A stretch of 64,000 bases of DNA. Origin: an uncultured Candidatus Saccharibacteria bacterium (lineage in GTDB: Bacteria > Patescibacteriota > WWE3 > UBA101185 > UBA10185). Positions within the stretch are counted from its first letter, which is position 1, and each line of letters starts with the position of its first letter. The position numbers and the translations under genes were made by a program. Positions 1 through 9,898 of this stretch are shown in pieces. The notes beneath the pieces are model-generated. The model did no database searches. It saw nothing but the letters and a program-made list of their open reading frames with translations, and was not told the origin of the DNA. The stretch is taken from contig CAZXUJ010000001.1 of NCBI GenBank assembly GCA_964643995.1, forward strand, positions 5,622-69,621, written 5' to 3'.

Positions 1-4
1 ATAA

Positions 5-586
5 ATGACACAGAACTTGCCTAAAGTCTTTATTAAAATAATCGAATGGTCTGTATTTTTGCTCATGCTGATTTTAACAGCTTTGCTTTTGTCCCCTTTA
101 CTACCCACAGACTATGTTGTGTCACCTTATGTGATTGTTTCCAACTCAATGCACCCTGCTGTTTCCAGGGGTGATATGGTGTTTTCATTTCCAATTGATA
201 AGACGTTTCTCGAACTTGGTGACATTATTGCTTTTTCATCGCCATCAGACCCAGGAACTGTAATTGTTCATAGAGTAGTTGCCAAAGAAAGGGATGGTTA
301 CAAAACTAAAGGTGACAACAACAGTGTATCGGATAATTGGACAGTCACTGACTCACAAGTTATAGGTCGAATTGGTTTTACTATTCCCCACTTTGGTCAT
401 CTTGTCTCTAGCATCCAGTCTCCTCGAGGTTTTGCTTTGATAATAGGTCTACCAGCCCTTTTGTTGCTGGTTTTGCAGATCAAGAAAATATTTGAGGGTA
501 TCGAAGAAGAAATTCAAAAACGTGCCCGAATGACTTTAGAAAAAGAACTTGTAACACCTGATAAGTTTGTGAGGACAATACTATAG
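5..586 (+). CDS. sipW: Signal peptidase I, SipW/archaeal-ER type (S26B)
   Basis: Single N-terminal TM anchor; Ser box VSNSMHPAVSRGDMVF (SxSMxP...GDxxF), His box VIVHRVV, GDNN box (KGDNNSVSD). ATG at 5 with plausible anchor; gene could extend upstream of the window. Confidence 0.72.
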   Translation: MTQNLPKVFIKIIEWSVFLLMLILTALLLSPLLPTDYVVSPYVIVSNSMHPAVSRGDMVFSFPIDKTFLELGDIIAFSSPSDPGTVIVHRVVAKERDGYKTKGDNNSVSDNWTVTDSQVIGRIGFTIPHFGHLVSSIQSPRGFALIIGLPALLLLVLQIKKIFEGIEEEIQKRARMTLEKELVTPDKFVRTIL

Positions 587-588
587 AT

Positions 589-1494
589 ATGAGAAAAAAA
601 ATACTTGTTTTATTTCTGATAGGTATTTTCAGTATGCTTGGTGTGAAGTCCGCACAAGCACTCTTTAATGATTCCGCAAAGTTAGTTTTAGGCTTATCTA
701 CTGCAATTTATGAAATTCAAGGCTTTTTGCTTCTTATTGAGAATAAACCAATAGACTCTTCAGATATGATTCCAGGACAATGGTCCGAGTACGGAAAACT
801 CAAAGTTACCAATGATATTGTGCCTAGCTCGGATTTTTACATGTACATTTCTCACACTGACGGTAACATTTGTCCTGATCTTATAATCAGTCTTGAGGTA
901 GCTGAGGACGAACAGTCTGAATGGGTTGAAGTGTATACAGGTGATCTTGAGGAAATAAGAGGAAACAATGACAGTATCCTGCTGCGTATGGGAGATTCTG
1001 GCACAGAAAGTATCTTTGTGCGACAACGTGTTCAATTCAAAGAGTCTGCTAATAAAAATAAGGCAGGTAAGCAATGTTTATGGAATGAGGTTTTTAGATT
1101 ACAAGGTTTTCCTAAGGAGATTTATAAGGAACAGGTTTTAACTAGAAATGTGATGGGGGCGGGTTATTGGATTCCACCTTCTGTAGAAATCAAAGAACCC
1201 AAAGCCAACAAGTCGTATGAGTTGAGTTCAGTCATGAGTATAAAATGGAAGGTCAAGAGTCATACTCATGACAAAAGTGAAAGCATTAAAATAAAGCTTG
1301 ACTTGTATGATTTCTCAGGTAAAACCCTAGTTCTAAACATCGCACAAGATTTAAGCAACTCCGGTTCATACAAATGGCTTTTGCCTTCCGATCTTTCAGA
1401 AGGTGCTTACAGAATTAAAATTGAGGCTGTAGATGGAGAAAGTTTATCAAATGCAGCCTTTAGTGATACTTTCACTATCATGCTAGAAGACTAA
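589..1494 (+). CDS. Secreted protein with SipW-cognate-like signal peptide (TasA/camelysin-like N-terminus), function unknown
   Basis: Starts 3 nt after sipW stop. Hydrophobic signal peptide followed by AQALFNDSAKL, resembling the A-x-F-[SN]-D SipW-cognate signal class (TasA AFNDIKS). Confidence 0.5.
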   Translation: MRKKILVLFLIGIFSMLGVKSAQALFNDSAKLVLGLSTAIYEIQGFLLLIENKPIDSSDMIPGQWSEYGKLKVTNDIVPSSDFYMYISHTDGNICPDLIISLEVAEDEQSEWVEVYTGDLEEIRGNNDSILLRMGDSGTESIFVRQRVQFKESANKNKAGKQCLWNEVFRLQGFPKEIYKEQVLTRNVMGAGYWIPPSVEIKEPKANKSYELSSVMSIKWKVKSHTHDKSESIKIKLDLYDFSGKTLVLNIAQDLSNSGSYKWLLPSDLSEGAYRIKIEAVDGESLSNAAFSDTFTIMLED

Positions 1495-1571
1495 TGGTGG
1501 GAGGTAAGGGATTTGAACCCCTGACCCTTCGGATGTAAGCCGAATGCTCTGACCAGCTGAGCTAACCTCCC
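1495..1571 (-). tRNA. tRNA-Val (anticodon TAC)
   Basis: Reverse complement GGGAGGTTAGCTCAGCTGGTCAGAGCATTCGGCTTACATCCGAAGGGTCAGGGGTTCAAATCCCTTACCTCCCACCA; 7-bp acceptor, anticodon stem TTCGG/CCGAA, loop CTTACAT, T-loop GGTTCAAATCC, encoded CCA. Confidence 0.85.
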
Positions 1572-1612
1572 AAGTGAAAACATTTTATCATATTATTGGT
1601 AGAATAACCTAG

Positions 1613-2551
1613 ATGTATCATAACTTAAAACCCATATTGCTTGGTATTATCTCTGCTCTTTTGTTATTCGTATTAGCAGGGCATATCAAGAAAGTTAATT
1701 TCGTAAACCGCAGTATAGCCTTTAATTTGCATGAAAAGGATCTACCTGTAGGTTTAGTTCGTAACGCTAGTCAATTAGACAAACCCACTGAAAGCAATGC
1801 CGCTAGTGATTTTAGTGCCTTGGTTAATAGCATATCTCAAAAAAGTGGAACGTACTCAGTTTACATAAAAAATCTTTCAACAAATGAGATCCTCCTGCAC
1901 AATCCCAATGAAATCTACTATGGGGCTTCTTTATATAAAGTGCCGATTGCTCTAGCTGTTTTGCATGAAATTTATGTTGGCGCCATTGACGCTGATAAAA
2001 CGATTGAATATCTCCCCGAGGATTTTTCTGATGGTAGTGGTACGATTCCCAGAGATCAGTATAACGTGGAATATAGTGTTTCAGATTTACTCAGTAAATT
2101 GCTTAAAGATTCAGACAACTCTGCTCAATTAATGTTAACTCGCTCTATATCAAGTTCCAGTATAAATCAGTCATTCTCAGTAGCTTCCCCTTCAACAAAC
2201 ACAAAACTTTACGAACTTAACGAAGGTACTGCAGAAGACTATGCGTATGTTTACAATTATCTTTTTCTTACTGCACTTAATCGCAATGAGGACAGCTTTA
2301 TAGGTCAAAAAAATGCGTTGCATATCCTTGGATTAATGAAAAACACCTCATTTGAGGATCGTATCAGCACAGGGTTTGTTGATTCAGACTTTTCTCATAA
2401 AATTGGCAATTGGGGTGATACGGGTTCTTGGCATGATTGTGGGCTAGCGTATACTAAAGATCTTCACATCGTATGCATGATGAGTAAAAATACCACTTAT
2501 GAAGATGTTGTTGAGGTTGGGCGCTTGGTAGGTGAATTTATAGAAAATTAG
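1613..2551 (+). CDS. Class A beta-lactamase-like serine hydrolase (secreted)
   Basis: N-terminal TM/signal segment; SxxK motif in GASLYKVPIALAVL. Family-level call only. Confidence 0.55.
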   Translation: MYHNLKPILLGIISALLLFVLAGHIKKVNFVNRSIAFNLHEKDLPVGLVRNASQLDKPTESNAASDFSALVNSISQKSGTYSVYIKNLSTNEILLHNPNEIYYGASLYKVPIALAVLHEIYVGAIDADKTIEYLPEDFSDGSGTIPRDQYNVEYSVSDLLSKLLKDSDNSAQLMLTRSISSSSINQSFSVASPSTNTKLYELNEGTAEDYAYVYNYLFLTALNRNEDSFIGQKNALHILGLMKNTSFEDRISTGFVDSDFSHKIGNWGDTGSWHDCGLAYTKDLHIVCMMSKNTTYEDVVEVGRLVGEFIEN

Positions 2552-3632
2552 TCATATTTTGTTTTTCAAGCTCTTTTTGGATGTCTTTTACTTTATCGGC
2601 TTTATCTCGGGGCACAATCAGTAAAATATCTTCTGTATCAACTACCACCATATTATCTAGCCCTAAAATAGCTATCAATTTTTCTTTGTTACTACTCTTT
2701 ACTAGGGACCCCTGTGATTCAATGGCTATCACTTGCCCATCAGAATAGTTGCCAGATTCATCCGACATGTATTCGTAAAGTGAGTTCCATGTTCCTATGT
2801 CAATCCACTTGAAAGGTAAAACAACGGCATATCCATAATCAAAAACATGCTTAGTAACCTCTTCTGTTGGGCCTTCTGCCATAGTTTCGTATATCATCTC
2901 TATCTTGTGATCCTCGTCAGCAGTACCTATAACATCCTTTATATCCATCAGTGCTTTATGCCAGTCAGGGCGATACTTTTGGTACGCTTCAAGCATCAAA
3001 TCTGGAAACCAACAGGCATGATTGCAATGCATAACAACATTGTTCTCTTTTATTAACTTCTCTGTTGCATGATAATCGTCAGTCCTACCTAGAAACTCCT
3101 TAATTTCGTATGTAACAATATCGTCTTCACTAGCTACCTTTTTTCCAAGTAAGAAGTAATCTACTCCCAAAACCGGATACGTAGTCTCAATTCCTCCTGT
3201 CAAAAACTTCTTGTCTCTCCTAACTATTTTTTCCATAGTCTTGATCATTTTGAGATATTTTTTTGCAGGCAGTCTTATATCGTCAGTTTGTATAATCATA
3301 AAGGGTTCATCGGGATGTGCTAAAGATAATTTTAGAAAAGCTAACCCCTCACCGGGGCCTCGATTTTTGGCAACATCTGGCTCTATAATATAGTTTTTTA
3401 AAGGAATCCTTGGTGCTTGATCCAAAGCGATCTTCAAGTATTTTCTTTTTGTTGAAATAAATATATCTTCAGCGGGATGTTCTTCTAATAAAAGGTTGAT
3501 ATTGTACGTAAACAATGACTCATCACCAACAATCTTCTGAAACTGCTTTGGGTAGTCCTTACGACTATACGGCCAAATTTTCGTGCCTTGGCCACCTGCG
3601 GTAACTATAAATTTCATAGGTGTATTAATCAT
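2538..3632 (-). CDS. Sugar-phosphate nucleotidyltransferase (mannose-1-phosphate guanylyltransferase-like)
   Basis: N-terminus MKFIVTAGGQGTKIWPYS (nucleotidyltransferase G-loop, GGxGTRLxP-like). Start placed at MINTPMKF; the longer ORF upstream would overlap the divergent dus gene. Confidence 0.62.
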   Translation of the reverse strand: MINTPMKFIVTAGGQGTKIWPYSRKDYPKQFQKIVGDESLFTYNINLLLEEHPAEDIFISTKRKYLKIALDQAPRIPLKNYIIEPDVAKNRGPGEGLAFLKLSLAHPDEPFMIIQTDDIRLPAKKYLKMIKTMEKIVRRDKKFLTGGIETTYPVLGVDYFLLGKKVASEDDIVTYEIKEFLGRTDDYHATEKLIKENNVVMHCNHACWFPDLMLEAYQKYRPDWHKALMDIKDVIGTADEDHKIEMIYETMAEGPTEEVTKHVFDYGYAVVLPFKWIDIGTWNSLYEYMSDESGNYSDGQVIAIESQGSLVKSSNKEKLIAILGLDNMVVVDTEDILLIVPRDKADKVKDIQKELEKQNMTNFL

Positions 3633-3654
3633 AACATGGGGTACAATAGGCTTT

Positions 3655-4596
3655 ATGAGTTTCTGGCATAATCTAGAAAAACCAATTTCATGTCTCGCAC
3701 CAATGTATGACGTCACCGACGTAGTATTTAGGCAGATAATTGCCGAAACTGCAAAACCAGCTGTTATGTTTACGGAGTTTGTCAACACCGACGCATTTAT
3801 TTCTGCGGGAAGATCTAAAATCGAATCAAAGCTTTGGCATACTCCACCTCAAACACCCGTTGTTGCGCAGATTTGGGGAATAAACCCTGATTCATACCGC
3901 AAGACTGCCCAAGAGTTAGCACAAATGGGATTCGCAGGAATTGATATAAACATGGGCTGTCCCCAAAAGTCAGAAATGAAAATAGGTGCATGTGCTGCCC
4001 TAATAAGTAACCCAGATTTAGTGAAGGAAATAATCGCCGCTACAAAACAAGGAGCTGGAGATTTACCAGTAAGCGTAAAAACTCGTATTGGGCTAAAAAA
4101 AGTGAATACAGAAGAATGGATTTCATTTCTATTGAAGCAAGATATTTCCGCCTTAACTATTCATGCGCGTACAGCATCACAAATGTCAGACGTGCCTGCA
4201 GATTGGTCGCAAATTGCCAAAGCCGTTAAGTTGAAGAATATTATAAATCCAAAAACTATTATTATTGGAAATGGAGATGTAAAAGATTGTGTTCATGGAA
4301 AAAGCTTGTGTAATGAAACCGGTGCAGATGGATACATGATTGGTCGAGGAATATTTGAAAACCCATGGGCATTCACACACCCGGTCAGAGAGATCGAAAA
4401 CCGCCGTGAGAAGCTGTTACGATTAGCTGTCAAACACTTAGAACTTTATAAGGACACGTATAAAGGTGAACGAAACTACAACATTATGAAAAAATTTTTT
4501 AAAATCTATGCTCGTGATTTTGAAGGTGCCGGAGAATTAAGAGCAAAGCTTATGGATACTAACAGTGAGGAAGCAGCTATTTCAATTTTGTCTTAA
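3655..4596 (+). CDS. dus: tRNA-dihydrouridine synthase
   Basis: LAPMYDVTDVVFR (Dus LAPMAGVTD motif), FMN/TIM-barrel motifs GIDINMGCPQK and VSVKTRIG. Start chosen at an internal Met upstream of LAPM. Confidence 0.8.
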   Translation: MSFWHNLEKPISCLAPMYDVTDVVFRQIIAETAKPAVMFTEFVNTDAFISAGRSKIESKLWHTPPQTPVVAQIWGINPDSYRKTAQELAQMGFAGIDINMGCPQKSEMKIGACAALISNPDLVKEIIAATKQGAGDLPVSVKTRIGLKKVNTEEWISFLLKQDISALTIHARTASQMSDVPADWSQIAKAVKLKNIINPKTIIIGNGDVKDCVHGKSLCNETGADGYMIGRGIFENPWAFTHPVREIENRREKLLRLAVKHLELYKDTYKGERNYNIMKKFFKIYARDFEGAGELRAKLMDTNSEEAAISILS

Positions 4597-4702
4597 TTTA
4601 TACTGGAATTTTATTTAGTGAATTTAAAAAAGTTAAGCAAGATATGGGATGACTATTCAATGAAGAATATGTCATGGGTCAACCCATATCTTGCTCATAA
4701 TG

Positions 4703-5074
4703 TCAGATGCTAATTGAAGTAATCAAAACTACAATTGTACTGACTAGTTGAACCGACTTGTTGCCAGTTCTGATGGAGCTTGCCAAAAACAACAAACCAA
4801 ACGTGCGTAGCCCATAGACTACAACCCCAAGGATTGTTATTGTTAAGGCATAGCCATCTAGTAAATCCCGCAACAAAAAAGTTAGTGCATCCTGTGGAGA
4901 ATGCTCCAACATATATATTCCAGCCCCATAGGACAGGGTAAACAAGGATACTAATACCCCATAAATTCCCCCATGGATGAAGAAAACGATACGTACGAAA
5001 CGCTCAGTGGTTTGCTCCTTGCTAAGCAAAATTAAAACCAGAGAAATTACACCAATAACTGGCAAACTTATCAT
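4703..5074 (-). CDS. Small multi-pass membrane protein, unknown
   Basis: ORF with 3-4 hydrophobic helices; no recognisable motif. Confidence 0.4.
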   Translation of the reverse strand: MISLPVIGVISLVLILLSKEQTTERFVRIVFFIHGGIYGVLVSLFTLSYGAGIYMLEHSPQDALTFLLRDLLDGYALTITILGVVVYGLRTFGLLFLASSIRTGNKSVQLVSTIVVLITSISI

Positions 5075-5160
5075 TCAGTACAGTCTCCTATGTGTTGTGT
5101 AACAGGATGTGGGTCTTCATTTGTAATGAAAACTTGTGGAAGAATCCACATCCTGAAATC

Positions 5161-5592
5161 CTATAAACTCACCATCCAAAAAAGTATGTCGATTGCTATG
5201 CCGACATAATTGGAGTAAGCCAATAATAAGATTACTACCCCGAGCAGAAGAGTAGCTGGGCTTTCCACCCGGTCATCCTTGAATGCTTTTCCAAGAAAAT
5301 GAAAAGCGACCATTCTGGTAAATAGCAGAGCAATATTGGTCAAAAGTCCAGAAAAAATCGCTGTCAAACCTTGGAAAATGGCTCCATCCTCTAGTTCAGG
5401 GTACTTCAGCAAGGAACACCCCATCATAAAGAGTGTTCCAACGTAGAGGATAATCGCCCACTTAAACCCCCCTCTTATAGAAAACAATACAGCATTGGCT
5501 GTAAGAGAAAGGCGATAGGTTTTCAGCCAGACAAGCAGGCTGAGCAGAATAACTACGAGATGTACAAGCAGTTCGAACGGTAAACGGTCCAT
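5161..5592 (-). CDS. Membrane protein, unknown
   Basis: ORF of 143 aa with 4 predicted TM helices. Confidence 0.4.
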   Translation of the reverse strand: MDRLPFELLVHLVVILLSLLVWLKTYRLSLTANAVLFSIRGGFKWAIILYVGTLFMMGCSLLKYPELEDGAIFQGLTAIFSGLLTNIALLFTRMVAFHFLGKAFKDDRVESPATLLLGVVILLLAYSNYVGIAIDILFWMVSL

Positions 5593-5723
5593 TTGTGTCT
5601 CCTTTTTATCACATATGATTTAAACCAAGTTATATAACTCTATTATACACCACTACTATAGGTCCTAATTAATGCGTGTCAGGAAATAGTTGCCATAACA
5701 AGCAAAGAAGTGTCTATTTAATG

Positions 5724-6743
5724 CTATTGTTTAAGGAAATTCAAGCGGCTGCTAAATGTTGTTATATCAGTAAAGTTTGAAAGATCTAGCAGTTTTATGT
5801 CGATTTTCTCCCCAGAAGACTTGCTGGAATCCCATTGTTTTGGAGATAGAATCCTTTCATAAAGCTTACCACCGTCCTGTTCTAGCACGCCTACACCAGC
5901 CCAAAACTTAGCTTTAGAGGTTGATATAGAACCAATATCAATTCCATTTGGAATTGGGTTTGAGAATAGAACTATTTTGTCCTCGCCACGTACAAATTCT
6001 TTTCGTTTACTTAGTTTCAAGTATGCGTCACTCCAATACAGCAAGTTATCATATAATGTATCGAAACTAACTTTATCTGCATCGGTATAGTCTACGGCCC
6101 CTTTCATCATAAAGTTGAAATCAGCAAATTTCTTGATTCGTTCTTTACGTTCTAATGTTAGTCCGGTTTCCTTCAATTCCTCAAATAATGCACGGTATTC
6201 ATTTCTATATTCTAGTTCGGAATACATATCTGGGACTACCTGCTTGAGCTCCATTTTCATGTTCTTAGGGAAATATTTCTGAAATTCTGTGATCAAACTT
6301 TTGAATGATTCCACATATTTATCTAGTGATTCACGTGGATAATTGTCTATTAACTCAATGCATACGTCATCGGATGAAAAGTAGAATTCCACGCCCGGTT
6401 CATATGAGGCCAAGATTGGGGCAACATATCGGCTAACATACGAGATGACGAAAAACTCGGCCCAGTCGACATATGGGTACGATTCAACCCGCCAAATTTT
6501 GTAACCGCCAAATGGATAGGTGAATTTTATTGGCTCATTCTTTGCAACATTTAAAGCTATCGCTTCTTGTACCCTTTTTTGAGAATCTTCATCAACCTTG
6601 GTTTTGCGAAATTTCTTGGAGGTTACTTTGCTGTAGATAAACTTTTCAATACCTTCGAATTGTATAGTTTTTTTCTCCTCGTCAGACAACGTATATTTTG
6701 TTGGATTTTTTAGTCTGTCTTCTAGATGTTCTTGTGCTGTCAT
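5724..6743 (-). CDS. Hypothetical protein (339 aa), downstream of LmbE-Nudix gene in same orientation
   Basis: Long ORF with protein-like composition; no family recognised. Confidence 0.45.
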   Translation of the reverse strand: MTAQEHLEDRLKNPTKYTLSDEEKKTIQFEGIEKFIYSKVTSKKFRKTKVDEDSQKRVQEAIALNVAKNEPIKFTYPFGGYKIWRVESYPYVDWAEFFVISYVSRYVAPILASYEPGVEFYFSSDDVCIELIDNYPRESLDKYVESFKSLITEFQKYFPKNMKMELKQVVPDMYSELEYRNEYRALFEELKETGLTLERKERIKKFADFNFMMKGAVDYTDADKVSFDTLYDNLLYWSDAYLKLSKRKEFVRGEDKIVLFSNPIPNGIDIGSISTSKAKFWAGVGVLEQDGGKLYERILSPKQWDSSKSSGEKIDIKLLDLSNFTDITTFSSRLNFLKQ

Positions 6744-6803
6744 TTCATTCGGGGATGGAGAATGGATTTAGCCATTGTCTTCCATACGAGATGGACATTT
6801 TGA

Positions 6804-7910
6804 TCAAACTACCCCGTCCATGTTCTTTGATTCTATCACTTCTTGTATATATTCTTTGAATGTCTGTGCGGCAGACTTGGGTTGAATAGTTAGTTCAAGC
6901 GAGTCTTTTAACGATACCCACATTGGTTCGTAAAAGTTACTCGGGTTTCTTTCCATTTCTTCCTTTTCTGGCGCATTAACCAAACTTGGTTCTCCAGAAA
7001 CATACTCACAAACATATATGAAACTGCATTTGTTAGTATCTTCAAAAAAACCCAGTTGTTCATTTACTTTGATTCTAATGGTTGTTTCTTCGAAAATCTC
7101 CCTCTCAACAGCTTGTTGGTTGTTTTCGCTATCCTCGACCTTACCTCCCGGAATCGAATAATACTCCTGCCCATTGTTACGCCTGTGAATTAAAAGAACA
7201 CTAGTATCTCTTGTTACAATTCCTCTACTTGCAACACGTTTTTTCTCAACAAGATGATAATACTCATTACGCACGAGGTACAAAAATTTTAGGGTCTGTA
7301 TAAAATTTGCAGTAGCGCTAACTTGGCTTCTATGGAGTTTAAGCGCGTGAAGTTTTGTAAAATATGCCTTTAAAGATAGCTTATACGTAAAATTAGGTTC
7401 AATAGGTTTAACCTTTTCTGGTTCCTTTGCCATTTTAAGTGAATCTTTCGATGGTTTATACCCTTTAGCCACTGTTGCGTAAATAAGCCTCCATGATGAC
7501 TGAAGTGCTAATTCTGAAATAACCCTACTTAAATGTATGTGGTCTGGATGCCCATATATTCCACATGGTTCATAAGTTATTACGGTAGTTGGCTGAAATT
7601 TTTCTATATGGTCCGCGACTGTGGTGCCAACAATAGGATTTGTATCAAGTTGCCCGTCACCAAGGTCTAGAATTGTATAGTTGCTAACCCCAAGGTAGCT
7701 CATTACCTCGATAAACTCTTTTTCACGTACAGTAGCTAGAGCTTCATCTGTTCCGTGATATTTTAGTGTTGAAGCCTCTCCTTTTGTTAGGCACAAGACG
7801 CAAACTTCTTTAGTAGATTTTACTAAATCATAAATGAGCCCCCCACTGGCGAATGCCTCATCATCTGGATGTGGAAATATAAACATTACTCTTGAGCCAA
7901 GCTTTTTCAT
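6804..7910 (-). CDS. Fusion protein: N-terminal PIG-L/LmbE-family deacetylase + C-terminal Nudix hydrolase
   Basis: N-term MFIFPHPDDEAFASGG (LmbE HPDDE zinc motif); C-term Nudix box GGKVEDSENNQQAVEREIFEETTI (Gx5Ex7REUxEExGU). Confidence 0.7.
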   Translation of the reverse strand: MKKLGSRVMFIFPHPDDEAFASGGLIYDLVKSTKEVCVLCLTKGEASTLKYHGTDEALATVREKEFIEVMSYLGVSNYTILDLGDGQLDTNPIVGTTVADHIEKFQPTTVITYEPCGIYGHPDHIHLSRVISELALQSSWRLIYATVAKGYKPSKDSLKMAKEPEKVKPIEPNFTYKLSLKAYFTKLHALKLHRSQVSATANFIQTLKFLYLVRNEYYHLVEKKRVASRGIVTRDTSVLLIHRRNNGQEYYSIPGGKVEDSENNQQAVEREIFEETTIRIKVNEQLGFFEDTNKCSFIYVCEYVSGEPSLVNAPEKEEMERNPSNFYEPMWVSLKDSLELTIQPKSAAQTFKEYIQEVIESKNMDGVV

Positions 7911-7948
7911 CTGTTCATTATAACCAAGAAACGGCTATAATTTAACTA

Positions 7949-8512
7949 ATGTCTAGAAACATGTTTACATTTCTTGTAATTTTTATACTTTCGTTAACAA
8001 TTGTTAGTCTGTTGTATTTGAAAAGAAACCCAATTTGCCAATGTGGTTACGTTAAGATCTGGCATGGTGTGACAAAAAGTTCTGAGCAATCGCAACACTT
8101 GTTCGACCCTTATACTTTCACACACTTTGGGCATGGCATAGCTTTGTATTTTGTTCTTTGGCTGCTCGCAAGGAAGCTACATGTCACTGTAAAATTTGTT
8201 ATAGCCCTTGGACTTGAAAGCCTGTGGGAGGTTATAGAAAACACTAGTTTTGTTATTGAGCGTTATAGAACCGCAACTATATCGTTGGATTATTATGGAG
8301 ATAGTATTGTAAATTCATTAGGAGATATTTTCACGATGGCTGGAGGTTTTGCATTTGCATACTACCTACCTGTGATAGTTACTATATGTGTGTTAGTTAC
8401 TATAGAGATTGCGCTAGGTTATTTTATAAAAGACAACCTCACACTTAACGTTTTTATGCTTTTAAACCCATCGACTCATGTTAAAGAGTGGCAAAGTTCA
8501 CGCTCGCTCTAG
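7949..8512 (+). CDS. Integral membrane protein, unknown
   Basis: 187-aa ORF with about 5 TM helices and an FTHFGHG motif. Confidence 0.4.
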   Translation: MSRNMFTFLVIFILSLTIVSLLYLKRNPICQCGYVKIWHGVTKSSEQSQHLFDPYTFTHFGHGIALYFVLWLLARKLHVTVKFVIALGLESLWEVIENTSFVIERYRTATISLDYYGDSIVNSLGDIFTMAGGFAFAYYLPVIVTICVLVTIEIALGYFIKDNLTLNVFMLLNPSTHVKEWQSSRSL

Positions 8513-9889
8513 GATTTCAATCACCCCGTTCTTTGCATCAACCCTTATGCGATCACCATCGTGTATTGAGTGAGTAGCATTCCCGGTTGCTACTACACAT
8601 GGTGTGTTGAGCTCCCGACTTACGATTGCCGCATGCGAGGTGATACCCCCAATATCTGTAACGATAGCAATGGCTTTTCGCATAGCGAGGATGTAACTAG
8701 GCTGTGTCTTCTCAGCAACTAAGATGTGCCCGCTTGGGAAGTTTTCAAGATCCTTTTGTGTACGTACAATTTTTGCTACGCCTTCCACGAGGCCAGAACT
8801 TGCTGATTTTCCGATGAGCTTTATATTAGATTCATCGTAAATCTCAACTATAATCCATGAGCGTATCTCCGAATATGTGGTGTCCCCAAACCAAAGTACA
8901 TGAGTTTTTCCTTCATCAGCAAATACTAAACTGTGTTGATACAAGCGATTCCTATATATGTTTAACTGCTGGCCTCCAAGAACATCTTTTAACTCAGACA
9001 ATGTAAGTTTTTCGATGATTCTTTCGTTGTATAAATCGCGCAATACACCTTGTAAATACTTCTGAAAATGAAAGTCTAGCTCAATTTGTAAATCAGCTGC
9101 GATGTTATCGTTTATGTTTAGTTCAATTAATGGTTGTATAACTTTAGTATCTTTGTCAGACAACGTAATATGTTGTATGGGTTCAGTAAGCCTAAGATCT
9201 CGCAATTGATTCAAAAAATCATTGTAGTCCCATGCTGGCCGCCCTTTTTCACCCGTGTTTATCCATCCATAATCCTCTGCATGCTTGTCTAGTTGCTCAA
9301 TGACATTTTTGGGTAGTTTGGTATTTTTAACAAAGTAATCCTCAAAAAGTGATTCATTTAAGTGATAAAGCTCAAGTAGCGACTTGTTACTTTTGTTTAG
9401 CGCAGTGACAGATGACATCTGCACAACATACTTGTTGAGCTCCTCGGGTGTTACATTCATTTTCTTACTCAAATACTTAAGGTGCTGTACTAAAAGTGGA
9501 TCAAATACAACTGAAACCGAAGCCATCAAGAGGGATAAATCAGATTGAATCCTTCGATATAAATCAAAGTCAAATACACCCAAATCCGATTTCATATTTC
9601 CTAGTAGTTCCGCTGCTTCAGTGACAATAGCCCTCTGTTTCTTTAACAAGTCTGATACTTTTTCTGTTGAGTTGAAAAAACCATGGTAGGGCTCTTTAAC
9701 CTTGTCATTCGTGGCCATATTTAGAAATTCGTCATCAAAGACCGGTTGAAAGTAGTTGATAGCTACTGGATAATCACCGTATGCCATTGCACCAACAAAT
9801 AGTTCAACAATGTACATGTCAAATTCCCACGTTGAACCTTTGCGCCATTTTTGTTTTTGCGCTAACTGCTTGAGATAAGAAACGTCCAT
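8498..9889 (-). CDS. Protein with C-terminal PEP-utilising-enzyme mobile (swivelling phosphohistidine) domain; N-terminal ~370 aa unknown
   Basis: C-term AIVTDIGGITSHAAIVSRELNTPCVVATG matches the PEP-utilizers domain of PEP synthase, PPDK and rifampin phosphotransferase (conserved His in GGxTSHAAI). Confidence 0.6.
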   Translation of the reverse strand: MDVSYLKQLAQKQKWRKGSTWEFDMYIVELFVGAMAYGDYPVAINYFQPVFDDEFLNMATNDKVKEPYHGFFNSTEKVSDLLKKQRAIVTEAAELLGNMKSDLGVFDFDLYRRIQSDLSLLMASVSVVFDPLLVQHLKYLSKKMNVTPEELNKYVVQMSSVTALNKSNKSLLELYHLNESLFEDYFVKNTKLPKNVIEQLDKHAEDYGWINTGEKGRPAWDYNDFLNQLRDLRLTEPIQHITLSDKDTKVIQPLIELNINDNIAADLQIELDFHFQKYLQGVLRDLYNERIIEKLTLSELKDVLGGQQLNIYRNRLYQHSLVFADEGKTHVLWFGDTTYSEIRSWIIVEIYDESNIKLIGKSASSGLVEGVAKIVRTQKDLENFPSGHILVAEKTQPSYILAMRKAIAIVTDIGGITSHAAIVSRELNTPCVVATGNATHSIHDGDRIRVDAKNGVIEILERA

Positions 9890-9898
9890 ACTTATAGT

